Shown here piece by piece: positions 36,875 through 46,357 of a stretch of DNA of 59,279 nucleotides. How positions within the stretch are numbered: position 1 is the stretch's first letter; the number at the start of each line of letters is the position of its first letter. The translations under genes were made by a program, and so were the position numbers. This DNA comes from Yinghuangia sp. YIM S10712 (GTDB taxonomy: Bacteria; Actinomycetota; Actinomycetes; Streptomycetales; Streptomycetaceae), in NCBI RefSeq assembly GCF_051388935.1, contig NZ_JBPKBI010000009.1, forward strand, positions 121,073-180,351, written 5' to 3'. Below the pieces are notes generated by a model. The model had not been told where the DNA came from and searched no databases. It saw only the letters and a program-made list of their open reading frames with translations.

Positions 36875-38196
36875 GGTAGCCAGGCGTACAGGCGGAATTC
36901 ACCGTCCGCGACGCCGTGCTCCAGCCCGCCGCCGACCAGGTTGACGCGCTCGCGCAGGCCGATGAGTCCCGACCCGGAACCGGGTATGGGTGGTGTGGCC
37001 GGGGGGTCCGAACGCAGCGGGTTCACGATCTCGATGCACAGGCCCCGGGCGTCGTCGCCGCCCACGCGTACCGAAACCGGCTCGCCGGGCGCGTGTTTGC
37101 GCGCGTTGGTCAGGCCCTCCTGCACGATGCGGTACGCGTGCCGGCCGAGCCGTTCCGGCACGTCCGGGAGCGCCCGGCCGGGCATGCCGTCGCCGCCGTC
37201 GTGCCGGTCGCCGGTGCCGGACGAGGCCGAGCCGACGCGGTCGCCGGCCGCCGCGACGAGCGGCGACGCGGCCTCCGCGGGCGTCTTGACGACCAGGTCG
37301 ACAACCGCCCCCGCGCGCCGCGACTGGTCGACGAGCGCGGGAAGGTCGGCCAGTGTCGGTTGCGGGCGATCGGCGGCACCGTCGTCGGCGCCGTCTCCCC
37401 GTCCGTGGTCGGCCTCCGCGACGGGATCGGCGCGCAGCATCCGGATGACCTCGCGCAGGTCCTCCAACGCGTCGTGCGCGCACTGGCGAATGACCCCGGC
37501 CGCGCGCGCCTCGTCGGGCGAGGCCCCGGCCCGGAACTCCAGCGCCCCGGCATGGACCGCGAGCAGGGAGATCCGGTGGGCCAGCACGTCGTGCATCTCG
37601 CGCGCGATGCGCTCGCGCTCCAGGTGGCGGGCCTCTTCCACCCGCAGGCGCTGCTCGTTCTCCGCCTGCCGGGCACGGTCCGCCCACGAGGCGACGAGCA
37701 TGCGCTGCGAACGGACCAGCATGCCCGTGGTGAGGGCGACAGCGTCGAGGAACAGAAAGGTCCCCACGCCCTGCCAGTAGTCGCTGGGCGACGTGTCGCC
37801 GATGCGGAAAAGGAAGAGGACCAGCGCCGCGTGGGCGCCGGTGACCAGCAGCGCGGTCCTGGCCGGGCGCTGGACGGCCACCCCGAAGAACGCCGCGACC
37901 GCGAGCCCCGAGACGGGCACCACCAGGAATCCGGTGAGGATGCCGGCCACCGCGAGCGCGACCGGGTGGCTGCGCCGGAGGAAGAACAGAAGGATCGCAG
38001 CCACGACGCCGCCCGCCGCCTGTGCGCGTACGTGCTCGCGCACGGCCGGGTCGTCGGACACGGTGGCGAGCAGCAGCAGAAGGCCCACGGCGAGACCGAG
38101 GACCGCCACCGCGGCATCGACGCCCCACTGGCCGCGGTCACGCCGCAGCCGCCGTGCCCACCGTGTGACCCGCGACACCCCGGGGGCCCCGGACAT
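36862..38196 (-). CDS. Sensor histidine kinase, HisKA_3 (NarX/DesK type)
   Basis: Multi-transmembrane N-terminus, an H-box ERERIAREMHDVLAHRISLLAVHAGA and a C-terminal HATPase (GSGSGLIGLRERV). It overlaps the response-regulator start by 13 nt. Confidence 0.8.
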   Translation of the reverse strand: MSGAPGVSRVTRWARRLRRDRGQWGVDAAVAVLGLAVGLLLLLATVSDDPAVREHVRAQAAGGVVAAILLFFLRRSHPVALAVAGILTGFLVVPVSGLAVAAFFGVAVQRPARTALLVTGAHAALVLFLFRIGDTSPSDYWQGVGTFLFLDAVALTTGMLVRSQRMLVASWADRARQAENEQRLRVEEARHLERERIAREMHDVLAHRISLLAVHAGALEFRAGASPDEARAAGVIRQCAHDALEDLREVIRMLRADPVAEADHGRGDGADDGAADRPQPTLADLPALVDQSRRAGAVVDLVVKTPAEAASPLVAAAGDRVGSASSGTGDRHDGGDGMPGRALPDVPERLGRHAYRIVQEGLTNARKHAPGEPVSVRVGGDDARGLCIEIVNPLRSDPPATPPIPGSGSGLIGLRERVNLVGGGLEHGVADGEFRLYAWLPWSP

Positions 38197-38502
38197 CTCC
38201 CGAACTCCCTCGCGTCGTGCCGGTGCGGTACGCGGGCCCAAGCCGTCGGTCGCTCCCGACCCGCCGGATCCCGGTGCGTCGAGCGTAACCGGGCCGTCCG
38301 GCGCGGCGGCAGCGGCGGAAGTCGCTCGCGCAGTCGACTTTGGTCGGTGGCCTCCGGCGCACCGAGACCACCGCAAGGCAGGCCTCGGGCGGCTCGCCGC
38401 CACGTGCATCCGCGGCCCGCTCGCGAACGCCGGAACAAAAAGAGACGGCCCCGGCGGAAACCGGGGCCGTCCACATGTCGCGTACGAAGCGACCGAAGCG
38501 TG

Positions 38503-39402
38503 CTAGCGGATCATGCGTACGCCGATGAACCGTGCGCCGCGCCGCGTCATCGCCATGACCGGAATGCTCAGCGCCAGCGACACCTGGAGGCAGGCGCCCA
38601 TCATCAGCATCGAGTCGCCGCCCGGGGAGTCCGTCGCCCACAGTGTGAGGCAGCTCACGCTGGCCGCGATGAACAGCATCGTCAGAATCGCCAACTTGCC
38701 CTGCGGCTTCGGGTACTCGATGCGGCTGACCATGAGCCATGCGGTCAGCAGGATGCCCGCCGCACCCACCGCGAAGGGCAGGTCGAGCAGCACGATGGAG
38801 ACCACGGTCAACGCGCCCATGGGAATGGGCATGCCCTGGAAGACCCCCGGACGCCCCGGCGTCGACGCGAACCGGGCGAGTCTCAGCACACCCGCGATGA
38901 GCACCGACAACGCGACGAGGACCGCTGGTGTCTTGTCCGGGCCGAGCGGGATCGCCGCCCAGGTGACGACGAAGAACGCGGGCGCGACGCCGAAGGAGAT
39001 GACGTCGGCGAGGTTGTCCAGCTCGGCTCCGAGCGCCGACCGGCGGAACCTGCGCGCGACCAGGCCGTCGCACAGGTCGAACAGCGCGCCGATCAGCATG
39101 AGCACCACGGCCGCGGCCGCGCTGCGCCGGTCGGCGGGCACGCCGTTGCCGTCCATGTGCTGGGCGACGGTGGCCACCGCGAGGAAGTAGACCGCGAGGA
39201 AGCCGCATGCGGCGTTGCCGAGTGTGAGGACGTCGGCCGCGGAGATGCGCGACGACAGCGGAGTCTCCTCCGCGTCCGGGTCGGTACGCGGGATCGGCCG
39301 CTCGTCGCCGTACTCCGCGACCGGAACGATCTTGTCGAACCGGTCGAAGCCGTCGAACCCATCAAAACCGTCGTATCGGTCGAGGCCGTCAGACCTGGTC
39401 AA
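38503..39402 (-). CDS. pssA: CDP-diacylglycerol--serine O-phosphatidyltransferase (CDP-alcohol phosphatidyltransferase family)
   Basis: CDP-OH_P_transf motif GALFDLCDGLVARRFRRSALGAELDNLADVISFGVAP. The N-terminal extension carries DGFDGFDGFDRFD repeats. Confidence 0.8.
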   Translation of the reverse strand: MTRSDGLDRYDGFDGFDGFDRFDKIVPVAEYGDERPIPRTDPDAEETPLSSRISAADVLTLGNAACGFLAVYFLAVATVAQHMDGNGVPADRRSAAAAVVLMLIGALFDLCDGLVARRFRRSALGAELDNLADVISFGVAPAFFVVTWAAIPLGPDKTPAVLVALSVLIAGVLRLARFASTPGRPGVFQGMPIPMGALTVVSIVLLDLPFAVGAAGILLTAWLMVSRIEYPKPQGKLAILTMLFIAASVSCLTLWATDSPGGDSMLMMGACLQVSLALSIPVMAMTRRGARFIGVRMIR

Positions 39403-40057
39403 GGCGCGTCTCCCCGGCTCGTGTCCGCTGGCCGACCGTGACCGCCGGCTCGATGCCCGGCGGAAGGTAGACGTCGACCCGCGACCCGAAGCGGATGAGG
39501 CCGATGCGCTCGCCGACCTCCACCTCCGCGCCCGGTTCGAGGTACGGGACGATCCGACGCGCGACGGTCCCCGCGATCTGCACGAGCTCGATCTCGCCGC
39601 GCGGGGTGTCGAAGATCCACACCACGCGCTCGTTGTTCTCGCTCTCCTTGTTGAACGCCGGGATGAAGCCGCCCGGCTTGTGCTCGACGGACTTGATGGT
39701 GCCCGTCAACGGCGCACGGTTCACGTGCACGTTCAGCGGGCTCATGAACGTCGCGACCCTGGTCCGGCCGTCGGGCCACGGGTCGATGCTCTGCACGACA
39801 CCGTCGGCGGAGGCGATGATGCCGTCTTCGACGGGGGTGCGCTCCGGGTCGCGGAAGAACCACAGCATGCCGCCGGTCAACGCCAGCGTCGGCACGGCGG
39901 CCACGGCCCAGCGCCGGGAGCGGAGCGCCGCACAGCCGGTCACCGCTGCGGTCAGCGCGGTCGGCACCAGCCAAGGGGAAGCCCCCTTGGCGAGGCGCAC
40001 GCGCGTACTGTGCGACGGGTCGACTGAGGAGGTCGGCGCGGGGGAATCGTCACTCAT
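39389..40057 (-). CDS. psd: Phosphatidylserine decarboxylase proenzyme
   Basis: The GTV/LGST-like cleavage region FGSRVDVY and overall similarity to small Psd proteins. It overlaps pssA by 14 nt. Confidence 0.75.
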   Translation of the reverse strand: MSDDSPAPTSSVDPSHSTRVRLAKGASPWLVPTALTAAVTGCAALRSRRWAVAAVPTLALTGGMLWFFRDPERTPVEDGIIASADGVVQSIDPWPDGRTRVATFMSPLNVHVNRAPLTGTIKSVEHKPGGFIPAFNKESENNERVVWIFDTPRGEIELVQIAGTVARRIVPYLEPGAEVEVGERIGLIRFGSRVDVYLPPGIEPAVTVGQRTRAGETRLDQV

Positions 40058-40437
40058 CGAGAACCTTTGTCGGGGGCTTGCCCGTCGGGACCGGGCGGCA
40101 CTCGGCGGATGCTACCTACACGGAGGGTCATTGCGCCTCATGCCTGGTCGAGTCTTTGACCGATGACGCGCGCGCAAATCGCCACAGACTCGTGGTTCCC
40201 GGGTGTATCGCATCCGGGAGCCACGTGTGTTCGTACCGTCAAGGTTGCCCGGCGGATACGCTCGGTGCCAAATCTCCTCCCTCGAAAATCGCTGCTGGAG
40301 GCGGTTATCGGGGACAAAAGCCGTTCTCTTGCAGGTTTTGTGACACAGGCGTGACAAACGCCGGGGGCCGCTGGGCCCGCGGACGCTCCGGCGCACGGCG
40401 GGGTCCGGTCCGTCCATGCCGCCGGCGGTCGTGCGGC

Positions 40438-41145
40438 ATGATCAAGGGCATGAGCTCGCCCACGCCCGCTCCCGACCGCGATGCCGTCCCGCAATTCGTC
40501 CTGCCGCTGGTGGTCCGTATCGAGCGCGACGCCCCGCCGGCCCGGACCGCCGCGCTGGAGGCCGCGGCGCGCGCGGTGCTGACGTTCCTCGCCGACGAGC
40601 GGGCGACGGAGGGGGAGTGGGCCGCGCGGGTCACCGCGTGGACGGACGGGCGGATCCGCAAGGTGGTACGGCGGGCGCGCGGTGCCGAGTGGCGGCGCGC
40701 TTCGGCGCTGGACGGCATCACGCTCGCCCACGAGGGCGCCGAGGTACGGGTGTTCCCTCCCGTGCCCCTCGACGCGTGGCCCAAGGACCTTGCCCGGCTT
40801 CAGGTTTCCGGCACCGATCTCGACGACCCCGCCACGCCGTCCGCGCCGGAATCCGGGGTTCCCGTGCTGTGGACGAACCCGGACCTCGCGATGTCCGCCG
40901 GCAAGGCGATGGCCCAGGCCGGCCACGCCGCCCAGTTGGCCTGGTGGCGGCTCGGCCCCGACGCACGCAAGCACTGGGCGGCGGACGGGTTTCCTCTCGC
41001 CGTGCGCACCGCGTCCGCCGCCGCGTGGCCCGCCTTGACGGCGTCCGGCCTTCCCGTCGTGCGCGATGCCGGGTTCACCGAAATCGCTCCCGGCTCCTGC
41101 ACGGTGGTCGCGGACATCCCCGAATTGCGGGATCCTGCGGGCTGA
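40438..41145 (+). CDS. PTH2-family peptidyl-tRNA hydrolase-like protein with an N-terminal extension
   Basis: VPVLWTNPDLAMSAGKAMAQAGHAAQLAW resembles the PTH2 motif (R.DL.M..GK.AAQ..HA). The C-terminal VRDAGFTEIAPGSCTVVADIP resembles DAG.T...PGT.TVL.IGP. Confidence 0.55.
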   Translation: MIKGMSSPTPAPDRDAVPQFVLPLVVRIERDAPPARTAALEAAARAVLTFLADERATEGEWAARVTAWTDGRIRKVVRRARGAEWRRASALDGITLAHEGAEVRVFPPVPLDAWPKDLARLQVSGTDLDDPATPSAPESGVPVLWTNPDLAMSAGKAMAQAGHAAQLAWWRLGPDARKHWAADGFPLAVRTASAAAWPALTASGLPVVRDAGFTEIAPGSCTVVADIPELRDPAG

Positions 41146-41493
41146 TGCGGAGACACGCGCCGGCCGTAGACCCGTGACGCACCGCAACTTCGGTTCCGGC
41201 ACGGCGACTTGGCGCCATCATGGCGACGCGCGGCGCGTTCCGCGTGCAGCCGGGCGCGAACACCCGTGCTGATAGCACGTCATACGCCTTGCCCGCCAAG
41301 GGATTTGGTACAGCCCGGTGACAGTTTCGGGCAGCAACCGAGACCGGCACGTGACCATGGCGGCCGGCCCGGCCCGACGACCGGCCACTACGGTGGACGA
41401 CGGCCGGGCCTTTCGCCCGGCCTCCGCGCCGCGCGGCCGGGGTTGCGGTCCGCCGGGCGGGGCCCGCCTGCCGACGACCAGGAGCGCCCGCGA

Positions 41494-41874
41494 GTGAATC
41501 TTCAGGTGACCACCGAGGACCGCGAAGGCTGGACCGTGCTTTTCGTCTCCGGGGAGGTCGACTTCGCCGTCGTCCCGGAGTTGGGGGAGAACGTCAGACG
41601 GGCGGTGGCCCAAGGGCGTCACCACTTGATCCTGGAGCTGACCGACGTCGTCTTCTGCGACTCGACCGGGATCGGCGCGCTGGTCGGGGCCCGGCGCCTG
41701 CTGCGCTCGTGCTCGGGCCAGTTGCGGCTGGTGATGCCGCCCAACAAGGAGCACCACGTCAACCGCGTGTTCACCGCACTCGGGCTGCGTCGCCTGTTCG
41801 ACGTGCACCCCACACTCGGCGAGGCCCTCGCCGACGGCCCCGGCGACCGGCAGGTCGAGGCGATCACCGCCTGA
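41494..41874 (+). CDS. Anti-sigma factor antagonist (STAS domain, SpoIIAA/RsbV-like)
   Basis: VNLQVTTEDREGWTVLFVSGEVDFAVVPELGENV...LILELTDVVFCDSTGIGALVGA. The phosphorylatable Ser is in DSTGIG. GTG start at 41494. Confidence 0.8.
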   Translation: MNLQVTTEDREGWTVLFVSGEVDFAVVPELGENVRRAVAQGRHHLILELTDVVFCDSTGIGALVGARRLLRSCSGQLRLVMPPNKEHHVNRVFTALGLRRLFDVHPTLGEALADGPGDRQVEAITA

Positions 41875-41970
41875 ACGCCGAAGGCCGAGCCCCCGCGCAT
41901 TCGTTGCTTCAGTCAAGCGACTGCGCTACGTTGCGGTGCGTATTCGCGTCCGTACACGGGGAGGCTCGGC

Positions 41971-42885
41971 GTGGCACTCGAAGGCTCCAAAATCGTCGTC
42001 ACCGGAGTCACCGGCCAGGTCGCCGAGCCCGTGGCGAGAATGCTCGCGCGCGACAACGAGGTGTACGGAGCCGCCCGCTTCACCGACGACGAGGCCCGCG
42101 AACGCCTTGAGGCGGCCGGAGTCACGTGCGTCCGGATCGATCTGGCGGCCGGCGACGTCGCGGATCTGCCCGCCGACGCCGACTACGTCGTCAACTTCGC
42201 GGTCGCCAAGAGCGGTGCCTGGGGAGCCGACCTGGACGCCAACGCCGGCGGCGTGCTGTGGCTCATGGACCACCACCGCTCGGCGCGCGCCTTCCTCCAC
42301 TGCTCGTCCACGGCGGTCTACCAGCCGGACGGACACCGCACCTTCCGCGAGTCCGACCCGCTGGGCGACAACCACCGGGTCTGGTCGTTCCTGGAGACCT
42401 ACAGCATCTGCAAGATCGCAGCGGAAGGCGCCGCCCGCTGGGGCTCCGCGCGCTACCGCCTGCCGACCACCATCGCCCGGCTCAGCGTGCCGTACGGCGA
42501 CAATGGCGGCTGGCCGGCGATCCACCTGGAGATGATGATCGCGGGCGTGCCGATCCAGGTGCACCCCGACGGCCCGAGCGTGTACCACCCCATTCACGAG
42601 CAGGACGTCGTCGACTCCCTCCCGGCGCTGTTCGCCGCCGCGGCCACCCCCGCGACCACCGTGAACTGGGGCGGCAGCGACCCGGTGAGCATCCGCGAGT
42701 GGTGCGCCCACCTGGGGGAACTGACCGGCCTCGACCCCGAGTTCGAGACCACCGACGAGACCGTAACCGGCGTCGCGCTGGACCTCACCCGGATGCACGA
42801 GCTCATCGGCACGACCGGGGTCCATTGGAAGGACGGCATGCGTCGCATGGTCGAGAAGTTCCACCCGGAACTCCTGAAGGGCTGA
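41971..42885 (+). CDS. NAD-dependent epimerase/dehydratase family protein
   Basis: Rossmann motif KIVVTGVTGQVAEPVARML, a catalytic Y..K (YSICK) and about 300 aa. Confidence 0.8.
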   Translation: MALEGSKIVVTGVTGQVAEPVARMLARDNEVYGAARFTDDEARERLEAAGVTCVRIDLAAGDVADLPADADYVVNFAVAKSGAWGADLDANAGGVLWLMDHHRSARAFLHCSSTAVYQPDGHRTFRESDPLGDNHRVWSFLETYSICKIAAEGAARWGSARYRLPTTIARLSVPYGDNGGWPAIHLEMMIAGVPIQVHPDGPSVYHPIHEQDVVDSLPALFAAAATPATTVNWGGSDPVSIREWCAHLGELTGLDPEFETTDETVTGVALDLTRMHELIGTTGVHWKDGMRRMVEKFHPELLKG

Positions 42886-43429
42886 CCCGAGGGATCGACT
42901 TCCGGGCGCGCTGCCGGAGAGAGGCGAGCACGTCGACGGCCCGGTGCGATGACCACGAGCACGCGCCCCAAGCGACCGCGCGACGGCACCCGAGCGCGTC
43001 GCCGCGCGAGCACTCGCGCTCCGCGCGCCCGGGGGGCCGCGCACCACCCGACTGCGGGCTCCGCGCGTTGCCGTGCGGCGTGCGCATACCTCACGCGCTC
43101 GGCGTGCACGTCGCGCGACACGCCACACTTGCGCCGTCCCGCGACAGCGTGCCGTGCCCGTTTCGGAAGGCCATTCGTCGTTGCCGCCAACACTTCCGCC
43201 CAGCACGGAAGTTCATCTCGCCATCGTTGGCGCCGCGCACCTGTCGACCCGTCACTTTTCCGGTGCCGAGGCGCCCTTGTCGGGCCGTCCAACGGGTGAA
43301 CGCGGGTTTATGCGGCGTTAGGCACCTTGTGACCTGATTGGACCGAATGAGAGTGACTTGTGTGATTAGTGGTGTTCCAATCGATCCATCAACGGACCGG
43401 CCAAAAGGCCGACGGCAAGGCAGGTTTCC

Positions 43430-44530
43430 ATGGAAGACCCGGTGTTCGACGAAATCGCAGACGCGTCCTGCGCGTGCCTCGCCTGCATGGCGGAGAGGCG
43501 CCGGCAGGACCAAGTCCTGCGGTCCGGCGGAAATCCGGCGCGCCGTGCGCGACGAACGGCGGCGTCCGTGGTCATCGCGGGGTTCGTCGCGGCGGGCGTG
43601 GGCCCCGCCGCGGCGAGCGCGATCGACACGGACACGCCTCTCGACGACCAAGGCCATCGGCAACAGACCGACGGCCGCCCGCATGACCGCGGGCAACCTC
43701 CCGAGGAGGAACGCGACGACGGACACGGAACACTCCAGGGACTCCTGGACCAGCAGGCCGCCGGCGGATACCCGCAGGGCGCGCCCGGGCCGCTGCGCTT
43801 CGGGTCGAGCGGCGGCAAGACCGCCACGGCCCCGGCGGCCCTCCGCGCGCCGGCGAAACTCGCGACCATCACGCGCGCCCAAGTGCTGCAACGCGCACGC
43901 ACGTGGGTCGACGCGGGCGTGCCGTACAGCCAGAGCGCGTACAACGGGGGCTACCGCCAGGACTGCTCCGGCTTCGTCGCGATGGCCTGGGCGCTCGGCA
44001 AGAACGCGTGGACCGGAGACCTCGCCAGTTACGGCACGGCGATCTCCAAGAGCGAGTTGAAGGCCGGCGACATTCTGCTGTTCCACAACGCCGCCAACCC
44101 CGCGGTGGGCTCGCACGTGATCATCTTCGAGAAGTGGGCCGACGCGGCGCGCACGAAGTACGTGGGCTACGAGCAGACTCCGCCCGGCACCCAGCACCGC
44201 ACCATCCCGTACGCGTACTTCAACTACGCGTCGAGCTACACGCCGTACCGCTACAAGAACATCGTGGACACCGGGACCACGGCCGCGACGGTCGTCCCCT
44301 TCCCCGGCACGCAGTACTTCGGGCCGGGCAAGTCGAACGCGTACATCACCCAGCTCGGCCAGGCGCTCGTGGCCAAGGGCTACGGCAGCTACTACAAGCA
44401 GGGCCCCGGTCCGACGTGGGGCACCGCGGACCAGCAGGCCACCGCGGCCTTCCAGCGCGCGCAGGGGTGGACCGGCGCCAACGCCGACGGAATACCGGGA
44501 CCGCAGACCTGGTCCCGCCTGATGAGTTGA
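43430..44530 (+). CDS. Secreted cell-wall hydrolase, NlpC/P60-like papain-fold domain plus a C-terminal peptidoglycan-binding domain
   Basis: Arg-rich signal/transmembrane segment RRARRTAASVVIAGFVAAGVGPAAASA. Catalytic Cys in YRQDCSGFVAMAW and His in GDILLFH...GSHVIIF. A C-terminal PG_binding_1-like region follows (LGQALVAKGY...ADGIPGPQTWSRL). Confidence 0.6.
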   Translation: MEDPVFDEIADASCACLACMAERRRQDQVLRSGGNPARRARRTAASVVIAGFVAAGVGPAAASAIDTDTPLDDQGHRQQTDGRPHDRGQPPEEERDDGHGTLQGLLDQQAAGGYPQGAPGPLRFGSSGGKTATAPAALRAPAKLATITRAQVLQRARTWVDAGVPYSQSAYNGGYRQDCSGFVAMAWALGKNAWTGDLASYGTAISKSELKAGDILLFHNAANPAVGSHVIIFEKWADAARTKYVGYEQTPPGTQHRTIPYAYFNYASSYTPYRYKNIVDTGTTAATVVPFPGTQYFGPGKSNAYITQLGQALVAKGYGSYYKQGPGPTWGTADQQATAAFQRAQGWTGANADGIPGPQTWSRLMS

Positions 44531-44612
44531 ACGTGCCGCACGACACGCACGGAACGAAGGCGGAAGTCCGCCGCCAAGGAACGGCGTCGACGACGATGCG
44601 TGAGGAGCTCAA

Positions 44613-45941
44613 GTGACACGCGAAGACTCGACGGGGGAAACGAGGGCACCGCATGCCGCGGGCCCGGACACCAGACCAGCCCCGACCGCGGACCTGCCGG
44701 GAAGCCGGCCCCACCCCAGCACCCCCCGGGTGCAGATGACCGTCATCGAACACGCCACACCCCAGCCACCCGCCGACGCGGGCGCCGTCGACGGCCGCGT
44801 CCTCGACACCGCCGAGGTCCGGGTGCTGAACGCCTCGGGACTCGCCCCCGCGCCCGTCGCGGCGGCCTGGCCCGAACTGCCGCATCCCCAGCAACTCGCC
44901 CGCTTCCCGGACAGGGGCAAGGACACGGTGCAGACGACCGGCGGCACCGCCGTCACCGCGACGGGGATCCCGCCCGCGCCGTACGCCATGCACCCTGCGG
45001 GCGGCCCCGCGCACACCCGGTTTCCGCGCGCCGACCAGGAGATGTGCGAGCACACCGCGCCGTCGCTGGCCGGGTGGGTGGTCGTTCCCGCGGTCCTGGT
45101 GTCGCTGTGCGCGGTCGCGTGGGCCGTCATCGCGACCGGGACCGTCAACGACCGGCTGCCCGGCCGGGTGCGCGGCAACCCGATGCTCGACATCCCCCAA
45201 CCCCTCGCGATCGGCATCGGCGTCTTCGGCGCCGTGCTCGGGCTGCTGCTGATCCTCGGCATGTTCGTCGTGGAAGCCGGCACCGCGCGCGTGCTGAGCC
45301 GCTTCGGCCGCTACCAGGGCACCGTCCGCCGCACCGGACTGGTGTGGGCGCCACCGCTGAGCCGCCGGCACAGCCTCGACGTCGGTATCCGCCATTGGCG
45401 CAGCCGCCCCATGCAGGTGACAGACCGTCAGGGCACCCCGCTCCAGGTCATGGTGCTCGTCGTGTGGCAGGTCCGGGACACCGCCCGGGCCCGTTTCGCG
45501 GTGCGCGACTGCGAGCAATACCTGCGCCAGCAGATCGAGGCGGCGGTCAGCGGCGTCGTCGCGACCCTGCCGTGCGACAGCTTCACGCACGGATCCGCGT
45601 CGCTGCGCGACACCGAGCACGTCAACGACGAGATGACGCGGCGGCTCTCCGGGGCGATGGCCGCCGCCGGCATTCGGGTCTTCACCGCGCAGGTGCTGCA
45701 CATGGACTACGCGCCGCAGATCGCCGACTCGATGCTGCGGCGGCGCATCGCGAGCCTCGACGCCACGACCCGCACGGCGGTGCTCGACGACGTGGTCGAC
45801 ACCGTCTCGCAGGCTGTCGAGCAGTTCTCGCGGCGTGCGCTCGTACGCCTCGACGACGACAGCCGAACGAGCTTCATCCGCGATCTGACCGTCGCGATGT
45901 ACGCGTCACGCACCGCACCCCAGCCACCGATGCTTCCCTGA
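44613..45941 (+). CDS. SPFH (band-7 / stomatin-like) domain membrane protein
   Basis: Transmembrane segment LAIGIGVFGAVLGLLLILG, then an SPFH core (ARVLSRFGRYQGTVRRTGLVWAPPLSRRHSLDVGIRHWRSRPMQVTDRQGTPLQVMVLVVWQVRD). Confidence 0.7.
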   Translation: MTREDSTGETRAPHAAGPDTRPAPTADLPGSRPHPSTPRVQMTVIEHATPQPPADAGAVDGRVLDTAEVRVLNASGLAPAPVAAAWPELPHPQQLARFPDRGKDTVQTTGGTAVTATGIPPAPYAMHPAGGPAHTRFPRADQEMCEHTAPSLAGWVVVPAVLVSLCAVAWAVIATGTVNDRLPGRVRGNPMLDIPQPLAIGIGVFGAVLGLLLILGMFVVEAGTARVLSRFGRYQGTVRRTGLVWAPPLSRRHSLDVGIRHWRSRPMQVTDRQGTPLQVMVLVVWQVRDTARARFAVRDCEQYLRQQIEAAVSGVVATLPCDSFTHGSASLRDTEHVNDEMTRRLSGAMAAAGIRVFTAQVLHMDYAPQIADSMLRRRIASLDATTRTAVLDDVVDTVSQAVEQFSRRALVRLDDDSRTSFIRDLTVAMYASRTAPQPPMLP

Positions 45942-46288
45942 GTGCCAGGGCGCCTCAGGGCGAGGCGGGTGGTTCGCGGCTTTCCGCCGCGGGCCACCCG
46001 CCTCGCTTCTTGGCGAGGTGGAACGCGGCGGCGGCCACACCCGACGCGACGCCCGCGACCAGGCTGATGCGGGTGACGACGAGGTGACCGCGGGCGGAAC
46101 CGCTCCCGGAGAAGAACAGCTTGGCGGCGATCGCTCCGCAGCCGACGACGGCGGTCGTCAGCACCACCCCGACGACGAGGGCGATGACGATGTCGACTGT
46201 CGTCTCATCCCGTGTTCTCGGCACGTCGGCGACCTTTCGATGCCCGGCGGGTGCCCGGACCAGGCGGGCGGGTCGGTTCAGTAACGCA

Positions 46289-46328
46289 AAGAACACCCCG
46301 TGACCGCAAGGCCGCGGGGTGTTCTTCG
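46289..46328 (-). terminator. Strong hairpin immediately downstream of egtD
   Basis: GAAGAACACCCCG...CGGGGTGTTCTTC, an 11-13 bp perfect stem. On the minus strand it is followed by TTTGCGTTA. Confidence 0.5.
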
Positions 46329-46357
46329 GTGTCTGCCGCCGGTACGCGGCCGAACTT

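Noticed and set aside
36916-39441. 841-aa ORF on the plus strand
   Set aside because: It is antisense to the LuxR-type kinase gene and to pssA. It is Arg/Gly/Asp-rich shadow sequence.
40078-40437. N-terminal 120-aa extension of the PTH2-like ORF with scattered Cys residues
   Set aside because: The region is markedly lower in GC and lacks coding periodicity. It is more likely a promoter or leader than a zinc-ribbon domain.
45955-46296. 113-aa minus-strand ORF with two hydrophobic stretches
   Set aside because: Its 5' end overlaps the strong egtD terminator hairpin, and it lacks a convincing ribosome-binding site. It may be a tiny membrane protein from an internal start, but I could not support it.
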